A stretch of 64,000 nt of DNA from assembly GCA_013239625.1 (NCBI GenBank), contig MU053216.1, positions 2,570,943-2,634,942 of the forward strand. Reading direction: 5' to 3'. Below the pieces are notes generated by a model. It saw nothing but the letters and a program-made list of their open reading frames with translations, ran no database searches and was not told where the DNA came from. Positions 13,145-24,910 of this stretch are shown piece by piece. The position numbers were made by a program, and so were the translations under genes. Positions within the stretch are counted from its first letter, which is position 1; each line of letters starts with the position of its first letter. This DNA comes from Lama guanicoe. Taxonomy: Eukaryota.

Positions 13145-13372
13145 TGTGCAGACACTACTACTGTGTGTAAAGCAGATAAACAGCAGGGTCCTGCTGTGCG
13201 GCACAGGGGACTGCACTCACACCCAGCAATGGCCCAGAATGGAAAAGAAAGCGAAAAGGAATCTATGTACGTTTATATACATGATGAACCACTACGTGGT
13301 GCACCAGAAACTAACACGACACTGTAAGCCGAACACACCTCCATCAAAAAAAGAAAGAAAGAATTTAAAAAA
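13145..13372 (+). mobile_element. LINE-1 3'UTR terminus (cetartiodactyl type), GC-shifted
   Basis: GATAAACAGCAGGGTCCTGCTGTGCGGCACAGGG...CACCAGAAACTAACACGACACTGTAAG then A-rich tail; alignable to the L1 ends at 34 kb, 53.7 kb and 63.8 kb. Confidence 0.85.
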
Positions 13373-13974
13373 CCATAACAAGAACAACAGTGAAGAAAAC
13401 AGACTAATCCTGTGTGAGTAAATGGAAAGTGACACAGTGATGGAATGTCTCAGTGTCTGAGGGGCAGAGAGAGACAAATAAAAGATCAAGAGCAGTTTGA
13501 TAGATGCCTCATGGCTCCAGAAGATTTTAACGCCAAACTGTTCATCAGAACAAGCAGATAGGAGTTTTGGACTCAGGCAAGATGGATTCTGAGTGCACGG
13601 AAGATGTCTGTGGCAGATTTTTGAGGAACATACTATGTGGGATAAATTCTCATCTGTTTTTGGAAGTTGAAATGTCAACCTGTTTTGAAAATACTTTTTT
13701 ACCATTAGGAATATGTAAATTTGTCAACAGCAAAATCTCTTCAGATATAAAAAAATTTAACAAGTCAAATACGGCATGAAAAAAAGTAAAGAGATATTTG
13801 AAAGCAGTATGATTAAATTCCTCAGATGCTTGAAAATGTAAGAATTATTTCAAATTATTTAAAAAATTTAAACATTTAAAAAATCAACTTTTGAGAATGA
13901 TTTTGAGGATATCTACAGGTATTACTGAGTGAGAAAAATCAGAGCATAGGTCACGTGGCACTGGGAAGACCATC

Positions 13975-14105
13975 GAGGATTCAGGCCTGAGTCTGGCACA
14001 GCAGGCCGAGGGGCCGTGGGCGCGTCGCCTCAGCTCTCTGGGCGTCAGTTTCCTCACCCCCAAAACCGGAGGTTTCAACTGCATGGTCTCTCAGCCACAG
14101 TAGAA
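13975..14105 (+). mobile_element. MIR/MIR3 fragment
   Basis: CTCTCTGGGCGTCAGTTTCCTCACCCCCAAAA resembles MIR core CTCTCTGGGCCTCAGTTTCCTCATCTGTAAAA. Confidence 0.7.
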
Positions 14106-14109
14106 TTCT

Positions 14110-14430
14110 AACACGGCGTACTTCTCTAAATTTCACCTTATTAATTTTGTACCATGATTTAAATCTATTTTTAAGTCCTAATATTTTTCTATCTGCCTCT
14201 GCTTTGATAAGTGTACCTTTATTTTTATCCAAGTCATTGATTAAAATGTCGAAGACGGCAGAACCCAGTACATGTCTCAAGAAACCTAACTAGGGTGACA
14301 GTGATGCGGAGCTTGGTAAGCTTTGTGGGCAGTTACACAAAGCCACTCAATTTTCACTCATTTTATCTGCAAGAATATCATAAGAAACCTATTAAGTGCC
14401 TTTTAGAAATTGATATATATTCTGACAGCC
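14110..14430 (-). mobile_element. CR1/L3 LINE reverse-transcriptase fossil
   Basis: Minus-strand peptide VLGSAVFDILINDLDKNKGTLIKAEADRKI...WYKINKVKF resembles CR1 RT VLGPVLFNIFINDLD..TLIKFADDTKL...WA..NKMKF; upstream AVRIYINF*KA resembles the YLDFSKAFD motif. Confidence 0.75.
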
Positions 14431-14574
14431 AGGTTCAGTGCGTGCTGTCAGATCCCTGGGGGGGAACCCGAAGGCAGCCCAGAGACCGAGATTCTGTGTG
14501 TCCCAGTGCTGGGCGTCAGTGAGCAGGTGAGTCGGAAGGCGCTGTGTAAAAGAAACAAAACACACACTATTAAG

Positions 14575-14733
14575 AAGAAAATAAGCTCCAAGGGTGCATT
14601 GTACGGCATGGGGGACATAGCACATATTTTGTAATAGCTATAAATGGAGTATGGCCTTTAAAAATTGTGAATCGCTGTGTTGTACACCTGCAGCTTATGT
14701 AATATTATACATCAACTCCACGTCAACAAAAAA
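14575..14733 (+). mobile_element. LINE-1 3' end fragment
   Basis: TAAAAATTGTGAATCGCTGTGTTGTACACCTG...TAATATTATACATCAACT then A tail. Confidence 0.8.
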
Positions 14734-14884
14734 GGAGAGAACGGAGCTTGAGAGAGCTCTTCCCGCACAACCTCTTCCGCTCCATCTGAAACGCGCACGC
14801 ACACGCGCGCACACACACACACTTTTGTTTGTTCTTACCCCTGCTGTGGGGGTAGGCACGGCCGGCTCAGTGAGTCAGGCTGTG

Positions 14885-15909
14885 GAGTGATGGAATGGTT
14901 GGGCGCAGGGGACACTGTGCCCTACGCAGAGGATCTAAAACTGTTCAGAACCAAGCAGAGTAGAGCCCTGTCCCTTTAGACAGTGACCTAGGAGCGGAGA
15001 CTCCCGAGGGCGGTGCCCGACCAGGCCCCCCAGCGGGTGTGACGAGGCCGCGGTGGCCAGAACTAGCGCCTCTGGTCTGGGTGCTGTGAAGCCCCTACTT
15101 CCCGGGGGACAAGATGAACGGGGGCTCAGACACTGGAGCGCTGAGAAGTTGCCACCACTCAACAGAAGAGGTCGATCACCTGTTCCCCAGTGCTCTGATC
15201 GTGCGTATGGCATTCAGCTGAGGCAGGGTTCGGCTCAACGTGTACAAGCCACCAGACTCAGGGAGGGACGATCAGCGATGTCAGGGCACCTGTCTCAGCA
15301 AAGACTCACAGCCTCTTGTCTATTACAGGACTTGGGGCAGCTTTCAGGCTGGAGCCCCCCGAGTAGATGAGAGGCCAGGGCCTCGGTGGGCAGCAGCCTC
15401 CACGAGTGTGGTGAGTTTGTAGCAAACAATCCCTTGTTCCTCCCTGGAAGGCTTGTGGCCATTTGCTCACTCCATCGTTCAGTGGGGAAAGGACACCCAG
15501 CCAAGTCAAGGACGGGTGGACACAGAACCTAGGTTGATGGAGAATAACAGGGGCTGGAAGTAATCTCATGTCCTCCTGCTGGAGTGGGGGTGAGAGAGAG
15601 CTGTAAGCACGGGGTTCAGGGCTGGTGCCACTCACTCTGGGTCTACGAGGCCCCTGGGCTCACGCTGGGACGCTGTTTCCTTGTCCCGGGGAATCAGAGA
15701 AGGAAGACTTTGTCGTTGGAAGAAACCCCACATCACTCCCTTGGGCTCTTGGGGCACAGCCATTGTAAGAAGGAGGACTAATGGAAACTCTGCAACCGCC
15801 CTCCCACCCCACGCAAAGCCAGGAGACCCCAAACGTGCTACATTCTGGGAATCGGCAACTTGCTGCCACTACTCAAGACCTAAGAACGTGTGGAAGGTAG
15901 TTCTCAGGA

Positions 15910-15942
<33 letters not shown>

Positions 15943-17335
15943 TTTACCAATTTACAAAAGTTGGGTGGATCTTTGAGCATGACAGTGGACTACCACAACT
16001 TGAGTATGTTTATGCCTCAATTACAGACACTGTGCATAGGTACTGTCTTTGCGGGAGCAGATTAGCAAGGCCTCGTGCACATAACATATGTGGTCATTGA
16101 TTTGACAAAGGCAAGCTTTTCCATCCTCATAGTTTGCAGTCACCTGGGACAAAAGGCTGTATACATATACGTTGACCCAGGGCTGGGCAAATCGCTATGC
16201 CCACTGTCACAGTATGGTCCCCAAAGTCCGAACCATCTTGATATTCTTCAGAATACATTAGCCCATTTTATCAATGGCACCGTGATAATCTGACCAGTTG
16301 CACGTGGAGGAGCACATACATTAGAAGAATTTCTAAGACACATGATATTCAGAAGGTGGAGACAAAACCTGCAGAGATGGAGGAGGATTCCACATCAGCG
16401 TAGGTCTTACGGGTGCAGGGGTCTTAAGCTGTCAAGATGCTCTCTCTAAAGGTAAAAAGATCATCACACTTAGTGCCTCCCATCCAACTACTAAGAAAGA
16501 AGCAAATTCCACACTTGGGAGTGCTGCTCAATCCATGCAACTCAGAATGCACTGAAACTTCTGAGCAGGGCTTAGAGCAGTACGTGATTCCATAACAGGC
16601 CCTGTCTGCACTGCAACTGACCCTGCGACTGGAGCCACAGGACCTGGTGGACCTTATTTTAGGGAAAAGTGCCTATAAAAATACACCACCGAGAAGTTCA
16701 TGGCAAGTCCCAACTGGAGAGTCACACTGTAGATTTCCATGGTCTGGACCAAAAGGATGCCACCTTTTGAGAAACAGCTCCAGACATGCACCTGAGCACA
16801 GACCAGTGAATGATCATGGGGCCAGAGACACCCACTGGGAGCTGGCTTCTGACAGACCCACAAACTCGTAGGGTCTGGCAAATCCCAACATCGCACTAAA
16901 GGATCTTAAGATAGAGGTGGTACATTGGGGATCAGAGGCCCTAAAAATCAAAATAGAACAGCTCAGCCACTTGACTGCAGCCAGCTTCCATCATCAGCCA
17001 CCTTCATGCCAGCACCGAGGCTCATGTGTTGACAGGCCATTCACTGGCCCAGCAGCATGGGTTCCCACTCACCAAGAATGATCCAGCAGCTGTTGCTGCC
17101 TGACGTTCAGCCAGGCAGCAGCAGAACCAACACAGAGCCCTGATGTGACATCACTCTCGAAGGGAAGCGGTTACTTGGCAGCAGCTGGTCGCACTGGACC
17201 TCTTCCACCCTGGAAGGGGCGGCACTTGTCTCGGCTAGGACTGACAAGTTCTGAGGACGAGCGGCCTTTTCTGTGTGCAGAGCCTCAGCAGCACGACTAA
17301 GAGCTTGTAGACTGTTGCTTCATCAGTATGATTTA
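14885..17335 (+). mobile_element. ERV-L (class III endogenous retrovirus) internal region, decayed gag-pro-RT-RNaseH-IN
   Basis: Collinear remnants: protease-region PFAHSIVQWGKDTQ..DT (about 15460-15525); RT start GSLSMTVDYHNL (about 15966); YVVIDLTKASFSI and HLDILQNTLAHFINGT (decayed HYIDD at 16261-16281); WQVPTGES and PFEKQL (16700-16780); integrase WPSSMGSH region reading QQHGFPLTK in another frame, plus GPLPPWKG (17045-17220). The 5' boundary is approximate. Confidence 0.85.
15911..15945. repeat. (CT)n plus poly-T microsatellite inside the ERV-L remnant
   Basis: Directly visible. Confidence 0.9.
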
Positions 17336-19299
17336 TGATCCCCAAGTGGTCTGGGTGTCTGATAGGAGAGGAAGTTTAAACACGAGAAGTGCTGTTAACA
17401 CAGCAGTGCCTTCAGTTTGCTTCCAATTTTGTAACTGTGATGTCCTCCTGGCACGTGTTTTCAGCGCTGTGAATACGCCTCTTTAAACGCGGGACCTGTC
17501 ACCCTCCCCCCGCGTACGCGTTGTCCCACCCTCGCAGCCCGGCAGGGAGTTAGGGCACTTTGGTGGCTTGCTTCTGACAGCCAGTGGTGTCGTTCTATGT
17601 CTTAAAACAAATTTTCACCAGCACCCCGCACTCCACAAAGGTTTTGCTTCAAAGCCACGCCTTAAGTTGGCCTTATAAATCATATATTAAATCACTGAAA
17701 ATACCAAACTAAACTGAAGTGAGCAGCATTACACAGCATTATGTTTGAGATCTCACTGTGTGCTACCAAAGATGTTTTCCAACTTTTACCATATCTTGAA
17801 ACCATAATGTGTTTGGATGCTCTAATTTCAGCAAAATAAAGGTCATGAATTTGGTCACAACAGCTCTGTATTTGTCAATGATGCACCAGGTTACTAACAA
17901 GCTAAAACAAATGATTATAACAAGATGGTGTGATTCTAAGTCCACTGTCATGGGTGAAGGACAGAAATAGAATTTGAAAAATATATTCCATATTATAATT
18001 GCATATTTTGAAAACAAGTTAAAATCCAAACTTCAACAAAAGCCAGGAAAAAATTTTGTAGGGAAAAATTCTCAATGGGAACTACCTTGAAAACTTTTAT
18101 GAAGTTGGATGTAGACTTTTATATTTATTTTGGAGATTGTAGGTTATAAGTGTTCAGCAACATGGGGACAAGCTAGTAGCACTTTGCCCGAGAGTGACTG
18201 TACTGGAGAGCCGTGCTCTTCTTGTTCTAGCCTGTGTTATAAGGGCTTCCTCGTCAACTGGTGCAGATGTCTAGCATCTCAGGTTTATTGGCTTCATTAT
18301 AAATCTTTATAGAACATCCTTAGAGCAGCTCAGCTACTTGGGTCCAACACTCACCACTGACCAAGGTACCACTTATGTTGTGAAAGAAAGGAGACCCTTA
18401 CACCTGTCTCCCCTGAACGTGTGAGTTAGTTGAAGGGAAAAAAATTCAGGCATCATTCTCTGGTATCACAGCAGGTGGCCAGATGTTTCTCGATTGAGTG
18501 AATGTGGCATTTGGCCAGCTTGTGACTGGAGAGCTATGGAAAATACATGCTGCGAGCAAGGATTCCGGCAGCAGGGTTACCTGCCCTTCCCTACCAGCTC
18601 CCACTCCAAGCCATTGGACTCTTGGCCAAAGAGGTTTCAGAACCCATGGACACCCAGCAGAATAGGGATGTGGCATCCACTAGATCACAGCAGAGGGAAC
18701 TGGGGCAGGTGAGCTCCTGGAGGAAGTGATCGTTGCCTGGGTGAGAGGTGCAGAGAGTAGGAGAGCCTAGGATGACCCTAGTTTTCAGAGGTGTGCCGAC
18801 CCACAAGTAGAAGGTTGACATTATATCTTCTGGACTTATCCTGTAACTAAAAAATTTTTTTTCTCTCATGATTGTCATCTTTTTATATTCTCGGAACTCC
18901 TAAGAAGAAGGTGGACCTCATTCTGAGTAAGTATGCAAGGTGTCCCAGAGCCCTAGGGGACCCAGAAGGAAACAGATGTGTCCTCGGGGCTGGGAGAGTT
19001 CGGTGAAACTACAGAATGAGGAAACTTACTCCAGGGGCTTTGGCAAAGAACAGGTGTTCTGTGCCTCCGGACTGGGTGCCAGAAGTCTTCTGCTTTTCTC
19101 ACCAATGGGATTCTAGTCATTTAGGAAACTCTGACCTCTAGTCCTGAGAACCATGACATAGCAAGAAAAGAAGTAACAACCTACCTAAAATTTCCCAGCA
19201 GCTGCGGAGAAGGTATCAGGCAGAATCAGGGGGAGACACTTGCAGGGAATTAGAACTGCTGGTGGCGACAGACGAAAATCTGAGAAAACGAAACAATAT

Positions 19300-20690
19300 T
19301 CAGAGCACTTGATATTCAAAAGTTTTCTTGTGCTAAAACAATAACAAAAAGAAATGAAACAAAAATCATTATTTTGGGGTAAGCAATAATATATTATCTA
19401 AATTGAAAAAGAAGATGGTCGGTGTAGAAATTACAGTGAGATCTCTGTGAGATCTAGTACAGTTAGCATTTCAATCACAAAGCAAAAACAGACAGGGAGA
19501 TGGCAATTGTGAGAGGAAAGGTGAAGGATTTAAGGCTAAATCTGCAAGATATGATATAAATGAAAGAATTTCCAGAAGGAGAAAAAGAACAGAAAGAGGT
19601 CAGGCAACAATTACATCAACTGTATCAGAGAGTTCTCCTGACACGAAATAAGAATCAAGTCTGTAGAATTAAATGTCTTCCACGGTTCTCGACTAAATTG
19701 AATAATGAAACACATCGAACACATCCTAGTGAAAATCTGAAGTTGAGGGATTAAAAACACACAAGCCCCCAAGAAGAAATGAAAGCTGCTGACAAGGGGG
19801 CAGTGTGTTTGGCTTTGCTTTATCTCATTAGCAATGGGCAGAGCAGCTGGAGAAGAGAGGAACGGAGCTACCACTCAAGAGTCCAATGATCAGCTCAAAT
19901 GTTATTTATTTGAAAATACATTATTTGAAAATACACAAGAATTTAGAAAACATATTATCCAAATGCCCTGTATGAAAAAATCCTCAAAGAAAGACTCTAA
20001 CCAATCAAAACATAATTCTATGGAGAGGAAGATGAGGAGGAAACCAGGTGGTGGTCTGCAGATCGATCCATCCATCCATCCACCCATCCATCTGTCCATC
20101 CATCCGTCTACTCCTGTATCTCTTTATCAGTCTGTATCTTTATATCTGAATACACAAGCACCTAGTAGTAGGTGATTTAATGCTAAATAAAAACTCTTGA
20201 AATTGAAATGACATATTGCAAGCAGCAGAGAGACCTAGTATAATTCTTCTAAAGTTTTAATATTTTGGTTGTTATTGTGAGGGGTGCTTGTCTATTTCAA
20301 ACAATACTAGAATCACAGATCTCGGAACAGAAGAGCAGGAGAAAAGGGTAAATGTTATTAACCGAATGGAAAACATGATTTATACAAACTGGCAAAAGAA
20401 AAAAAAAGAAGTAGCAAGTTGGCCAAATTTTTTAAAAAAACAAGAGAAAGGGAAAGAAAGGAAAGAATAATTTAAAATGAGTAATAAACATGAAATATAT
20501 TTATTTTCACTCTAAATGTGAATGGAATGAACTTAACCATTAAAGGCAGGTAGTAAGTAAAAATATCAGGTAAGACTGTAATACCAGTATAGATAAATTT
20601 TGCAAGAGACACACTGAAAACAATTGACACAGGAAGTTTGAGAGTAAAAGCGTGAACCCCAAATAAGAAAAAAATTCAAGCTAAGAGATG
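19300..20690 (+). mobile_element. Ancient L1 (L1M-type) ORF1 to ORF2-endonuclease fossil
   Basis: A-rich ORF1-like sequence (TTTCCAGAAGGAGAAAAAGAA, ACATCCTAGTGAAAAT); 20500-20650 reads FTLNVNGMNLTIKGR...LQETH*KQ, matching the L1 endonuclease motifs TLNVNGLN and CLQETH. Confidence 0.7.
20066..20106. repeat. (TCCA)n degenerate microsatellite
   Basis: ATCCATCCATCCATCCACCCATCCATCTGTCCATCCATCC. Confidence 0.9.
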
Positions 20691-20754
20691 TAGGGGACTC
20701 AATACAAAGATGGGAGATAGGGTCATTTAGGCTAAAAGAAGGATACGATTCAAG

Positions 20755-21245
20755 GAGGGCCGTCATGGAGCGCTGAAAGCTGCTGGATGCTGGGACGTTG
20801 GACCAGTCACCGAGCAGCCGGCGCCCGGCTCCGGAAGGGCGAGAGCGCGCCAGGTGGCGCCGGCGGAGGCGGGCGCTGGGCGCGGCCGGAGCTGCCGGCC
20901 GGCCTGGCTCGCGGTCGAGGAGAGGCCCCAGGGGGCCTGATGGAGGGGTTAAGGCGGCAGAGCGAGGAGTTTTAACTGGTCTGTTCTGCGGCCGCACGTG
21001 ACCGTGGGAGGCGAGCACGTTAGAAGACGCTGCTCGGCGCGTGCGGCTGCCGCCCGAGCCAGCGCGCCGCCCAGAGCCGAGGGGGAAGACCGCTCACTCG
21101 GGCCGCGGGCCTGCCGCGGGCCGGACAGTGGAACTGGCAGTATTTTTTTCCCCGTCACTCTGCCTCCTCCACTTGAGTGTTTCTACCCAGCCCTCTGATG
21201 CCCCGTAAACAGCCTGCTCGGGAGGCAGCGCCGGGGTCGCTGAGT
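20755..21245. promoter_or_regulatory. CpG island with CTCF-like, ETS and E-box motifs
   Basis: About 490 bp, very GC/CpG dense; CCGGAAG at 20831-20837; GCGCCAGGTGGCGC at 20847-20860; CACGTGAC at 20995-21002. Confidence 0.7.
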
Positions 21246-21616
21246 GCTGCTCTGAAATCATCTGGGCTTCACTTCATTTGTTGGAAACCTTGCAGGGAAG
21301 GGACGCTAATCTGATTAACTAAGTCGCAGTTTATAGGACTCATTCATCTTAATTCTTACAAAATAACTGGGTAATACAATTGGAATTGCCTTTTTAACCT
21401 AACTTACTCAAACTGAAGAGGCAATAGCCGTTCACTTTTTCTGCCTTAGAGTCAGCGGACTGAAATAAAGCCATTTCTGGCCATTTCGTGAACTGCTGGG
21501 GTAAGTCAGGATATATTAACTGATGTTTGCTCATAAGGAAGGCAACTGTGAAGATGAAAAATGGGAGAGGAAAGTAAAGCGATTTATTTAGAACACACAA
21601 TTGGCTTAGAGGTAAA

Positions 21617-21708
21617 GAGAGAGAGGGAAAATGAAAGAAGGAGGCGAAGGGAGGGAGGGAGGGGGAAGGAAGGAAGGAAAAAAAGAAAGAAGGGGAAAGA
21701 AAGAAGGA
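21617..21708. repeat. Polypurine (GA/GGGA/GGAA) low-complexity tract
   Basis: Directly visible; includes GGGAGGGAGGGAGGGGG at 21649-21665. Confidence 0.9.
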
Positions 21709-22274
21709 ACAAACAACTTCTAGATGGCGAATTTATGAGAGTGTATTTATGTAAAATGAGTATATTTACTTTTACATTAATTATTTAAAATCTTACGTGA
21801 AGTACGTCCACTTTCAGGTGCTTGAGCAGGGTTGATGGGAAGAAAGCCCTAGATGTTGTATTACCCAAATGAGCTTAATTAGGAATTTTGCTTTCAAAAT
21901 GGGAAGTGATATAAAAAACACACCATGGAAAAAGTGCTGATGCTCAGTTGTGTGTTTCTGAGATACTTGTTCATTGTCTGCTAACTTTTAAGCGAAAGAG
22001 AGAACTATAGTGGACTTTCAGGGTGAGGGGAAGATGAACTTTTAGGAATGTTCCAAGGTACATGTGACAGAGTAGAAATCCAAATTACCATCATCGCCGC
22101 CTTCACTGCGATCCTTCAGAGCTATCATTCCAGAGAAAGCAAAGCGAAGGTAAGTGTCACTGACACAGTCGAAATCCGAGCCGTTTTCATTGTCAGGAGA
22201 GGTCAGGCAGTCAAGGGAAAGGGCTCTCTTCCGGGACGTAGGAGGTGTGGGTTCCTTCCCCCGCCCTCCTTGCC

Positions 22275-22390
22275 GGCCTGCCAAGGGGGCCTTGGACGAG
22301 CAAATCCGTCAAACTGAGCCTCAGTTTCTTCAACTGTTAAATGACAGGGTTGGACTGGAGAAACACTGCAATTCTCTTTAGCCCTAAAGT
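22275..22390 (+). mobile_element. MIR3-like fragment
   Basis: CTGAGCCTCAGTTTCTTCAACTGTTAAATGACAGGGTTGGACTGGA. Confidence 0.7.
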
Positions 22391-24184
22391 AATGATGGTT
22401 ATAGTACCATAGCTAAGTAGGGACATTGTGTAGCCTTTAATTTTCGGTGATGCGACTAGGCTCCAGCCACATGGAACTTTAAGCCTTGCCATACCCACAG
22501 CAGAACAATAGCCTGTCATTTACAAGAAAAAGGTCCCTGATTTTTCCCGTCCTGGGTATTTAATTTTTTCCCAAAATGAACCAAAAGCCAATTTCCATCA
22601 TCTTACGACTAGCAAGCAATCAGACAGATACACAAATATACAGGGTACTGTCTGCGTATTTGTTTTATAAATTAATATTTTAACATAGCACGGGTGGGGT
22701 GCCAGTTTGAATCCGAAGGGCTGAGTGTTTTAGAACTCAGTTCTACTCCACGCCTTTAACCTGGAACTTTTGAAATATTCCCTTGTAACCCAAATGCCAC
22801 AAGCTGGATTGACACTATGCCTTAAAGCTTGCGAGGAGAAACAGAGCTAGTAGAGATTATTAACAAAAACTTAGGCAAATTCAAGTTGTTATTCATTGTG
22901 GTCTTCTTTTCAGTAAAACCTTTCATGTTTCGTGTGGAGAGAGGGGAGAGGATGCCAGAGCCGGTGTGGTTCCCTCTTCAGTCCGACATATACTTTTCTG
23001 AAAAAATAAATGTATCTGAGAACTCTCCCTGAGTGGTATAAAAGGGTCAGTTAATTGGTGTCAGCCCTTCTTTTATAGTTGTCCCTCTACATTTTTACTA
23101 AAAAAGCTTATATGCATCAAAAGTGCGATGATGTTGCATTTCTGCACCTTCTGTGACCCCACCCCTCTCCCAGCCTCCCTTTGGCTGGTTGGTGCGTAGC
23201 CCTCTTGCTTTCACGCTGTATCTCACTCCTAAGTCAACATCTGCACCCCGGTCCGGACAGCGGAGTCCAGTCTCTACCTCGGTGAAGGCAACCTGTCAGG
23301 ACCTGCCTCAGAACATTGTAAATCCCTTCATTCTTGTACATTTTCTTCCCTTGACTACTCCAGATGTCTTTATAAAAGCTCCCCCCTTTTTATTTAGATT
23401 TTGCAATTTAAAAATCAGCCTATTAAATGAAGATTTAAAGAGAATATGTTTCCCATAATATTGCAAAACAGAAGGCTCTTGTAGCATCAGAGCGAATTCT
23501 AAATTTGAGATAATTAAATTTTGGTGGGAAATGAAAACTCAGTATGTTTTATAGAAACATAAATTCTCACTTAGTCATATTTTAAAACATTTAAAAAGTA
23601 ATATTTTTCTTTTATCAAATACCATTTATTGTCTGGCCACCAGTCACTTCATTTAAAAAATTATGTTAATTTCCAGTGCGCCATGAAGTAATAAAAGCAA
23701 TAGAGCATTTGAGTCAGTGTGCTTTTATAAAAACCTAGACAGTATAAGCTGAAGCTGATAATTGTACAATTGGGATGGTAATGAGGTGCTTTTGAAAGTT
23801 TTTTTCATATACTTCTGCATTATTGATTCTTTATGTTTGTAGTAAAACATAGACAAAATTTAAGGAGAAAAATAACTTGAAAATAAGCTCACAAAATTCT
23901 TTAAAAATCCTAATACAGCCTTTAATGGTTTGTCTATGAATCAAAAAGATTAACTTTTCTCATAAATGTTACATTATAAATCTTAAAATATTCATAAATG
24001 ACATAAAATATCAGCTTCAGATGAGATACCATTATTCATTGTCTTGGGGAGGTCTCTCTCCCTCCGTCTCTGTCTTTGTTTCACTGTCTGTACGCATAGG
24101 TGGATGCATGTGTGCATGTGAAATGTGCAACAATGAAAGGGGAACCAAGTTTTGACTTCTTTCTATGTGTCATCCAACAGGTTA

Positions 24185-24350
24185 AATACTGAATATGTAT
24201 TATCTCATTTATCACTCAAAAAAATCCTTAGGAAATGTTATAAATATTATGATCTCATTTCTGCTGATGGAGAGTCAGCTTGGAGAATTTGAGCAATTGC
24301 CTAAGGTTACACACCCGGCAAAGGCAAGAGAAAGTCAGACCCGCAGGGGC
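24185..24350 (-). mobile_element. MIR fragment
   Basis: ATGTATTATCTCATTTA...ATCTCATTTCTGCTGATGGAG...TTGCCTAAGGTTACACA. Confidence 0.7.
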
Positions 24351-24384
24351 AGGCAGCCCTCCACAGCAAGCCCTCTTCCTCCTC

Positions 24385-24910
24385 ACTCCTTCAAAACGCC
24401 TGCTCTCTGCCAGGCGCTGCGTCTGTTTCCAGCTGGTTGTAACTGACAATAAGTATATACAACCCACATACACAGACGGTGACAGCTAAGAGATTAGACA
24501 GGGTGACTCGATGGGTGTGGCTGGGGGACGGCAGCTACCTTAGGGTTGGTGAGCCCAAAGAAACTTTTCTGAGGAGGTGACGTTTAAGCAAAGATTTGCA
24601 TGTCAGGAAGGAAATGAGCGTTAGAATACAGTGCAGAGGTGAGTCCCGGATGTTCAGGGACAGTCAAGGACCAGGACGTGGACCACTGGGACTGCTGTGA
24701 CCTGAAGTGAGGAGGGATGAAGGAAGTGAGATGAGGGAGGTCAGGGGCCAGTCACACAGGGCTGTTGTGAAGCAGCCACGTAACTTGAGTTTGTCCTCAG
24801 GGTCATGGGGCGATGGAGTAATTTAGTAGGAGAGTGCGTGACCCAGGCTGCATTTTACTGGATGTCTCTAGCCGCTCTTTAGGAGAATGACTTATAGGAG
24901 AGGAAAGTGG
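24385..24910 (-). mobile_element. L2 LINE 3' fragment
   Basis: TCTGAGGAGGTGACGTTTAAGCAAAGATTTG...GGGGCCAGTCACACAGGGC...GGAGAATGACT, typical of reverse-strand L2. Confidence 0.75.

Noticed and set aside
20566..21198. ORFs across the 21-kb CpG island
   Set aside because: Same compositional artefact; one end runs into an L1 fossil
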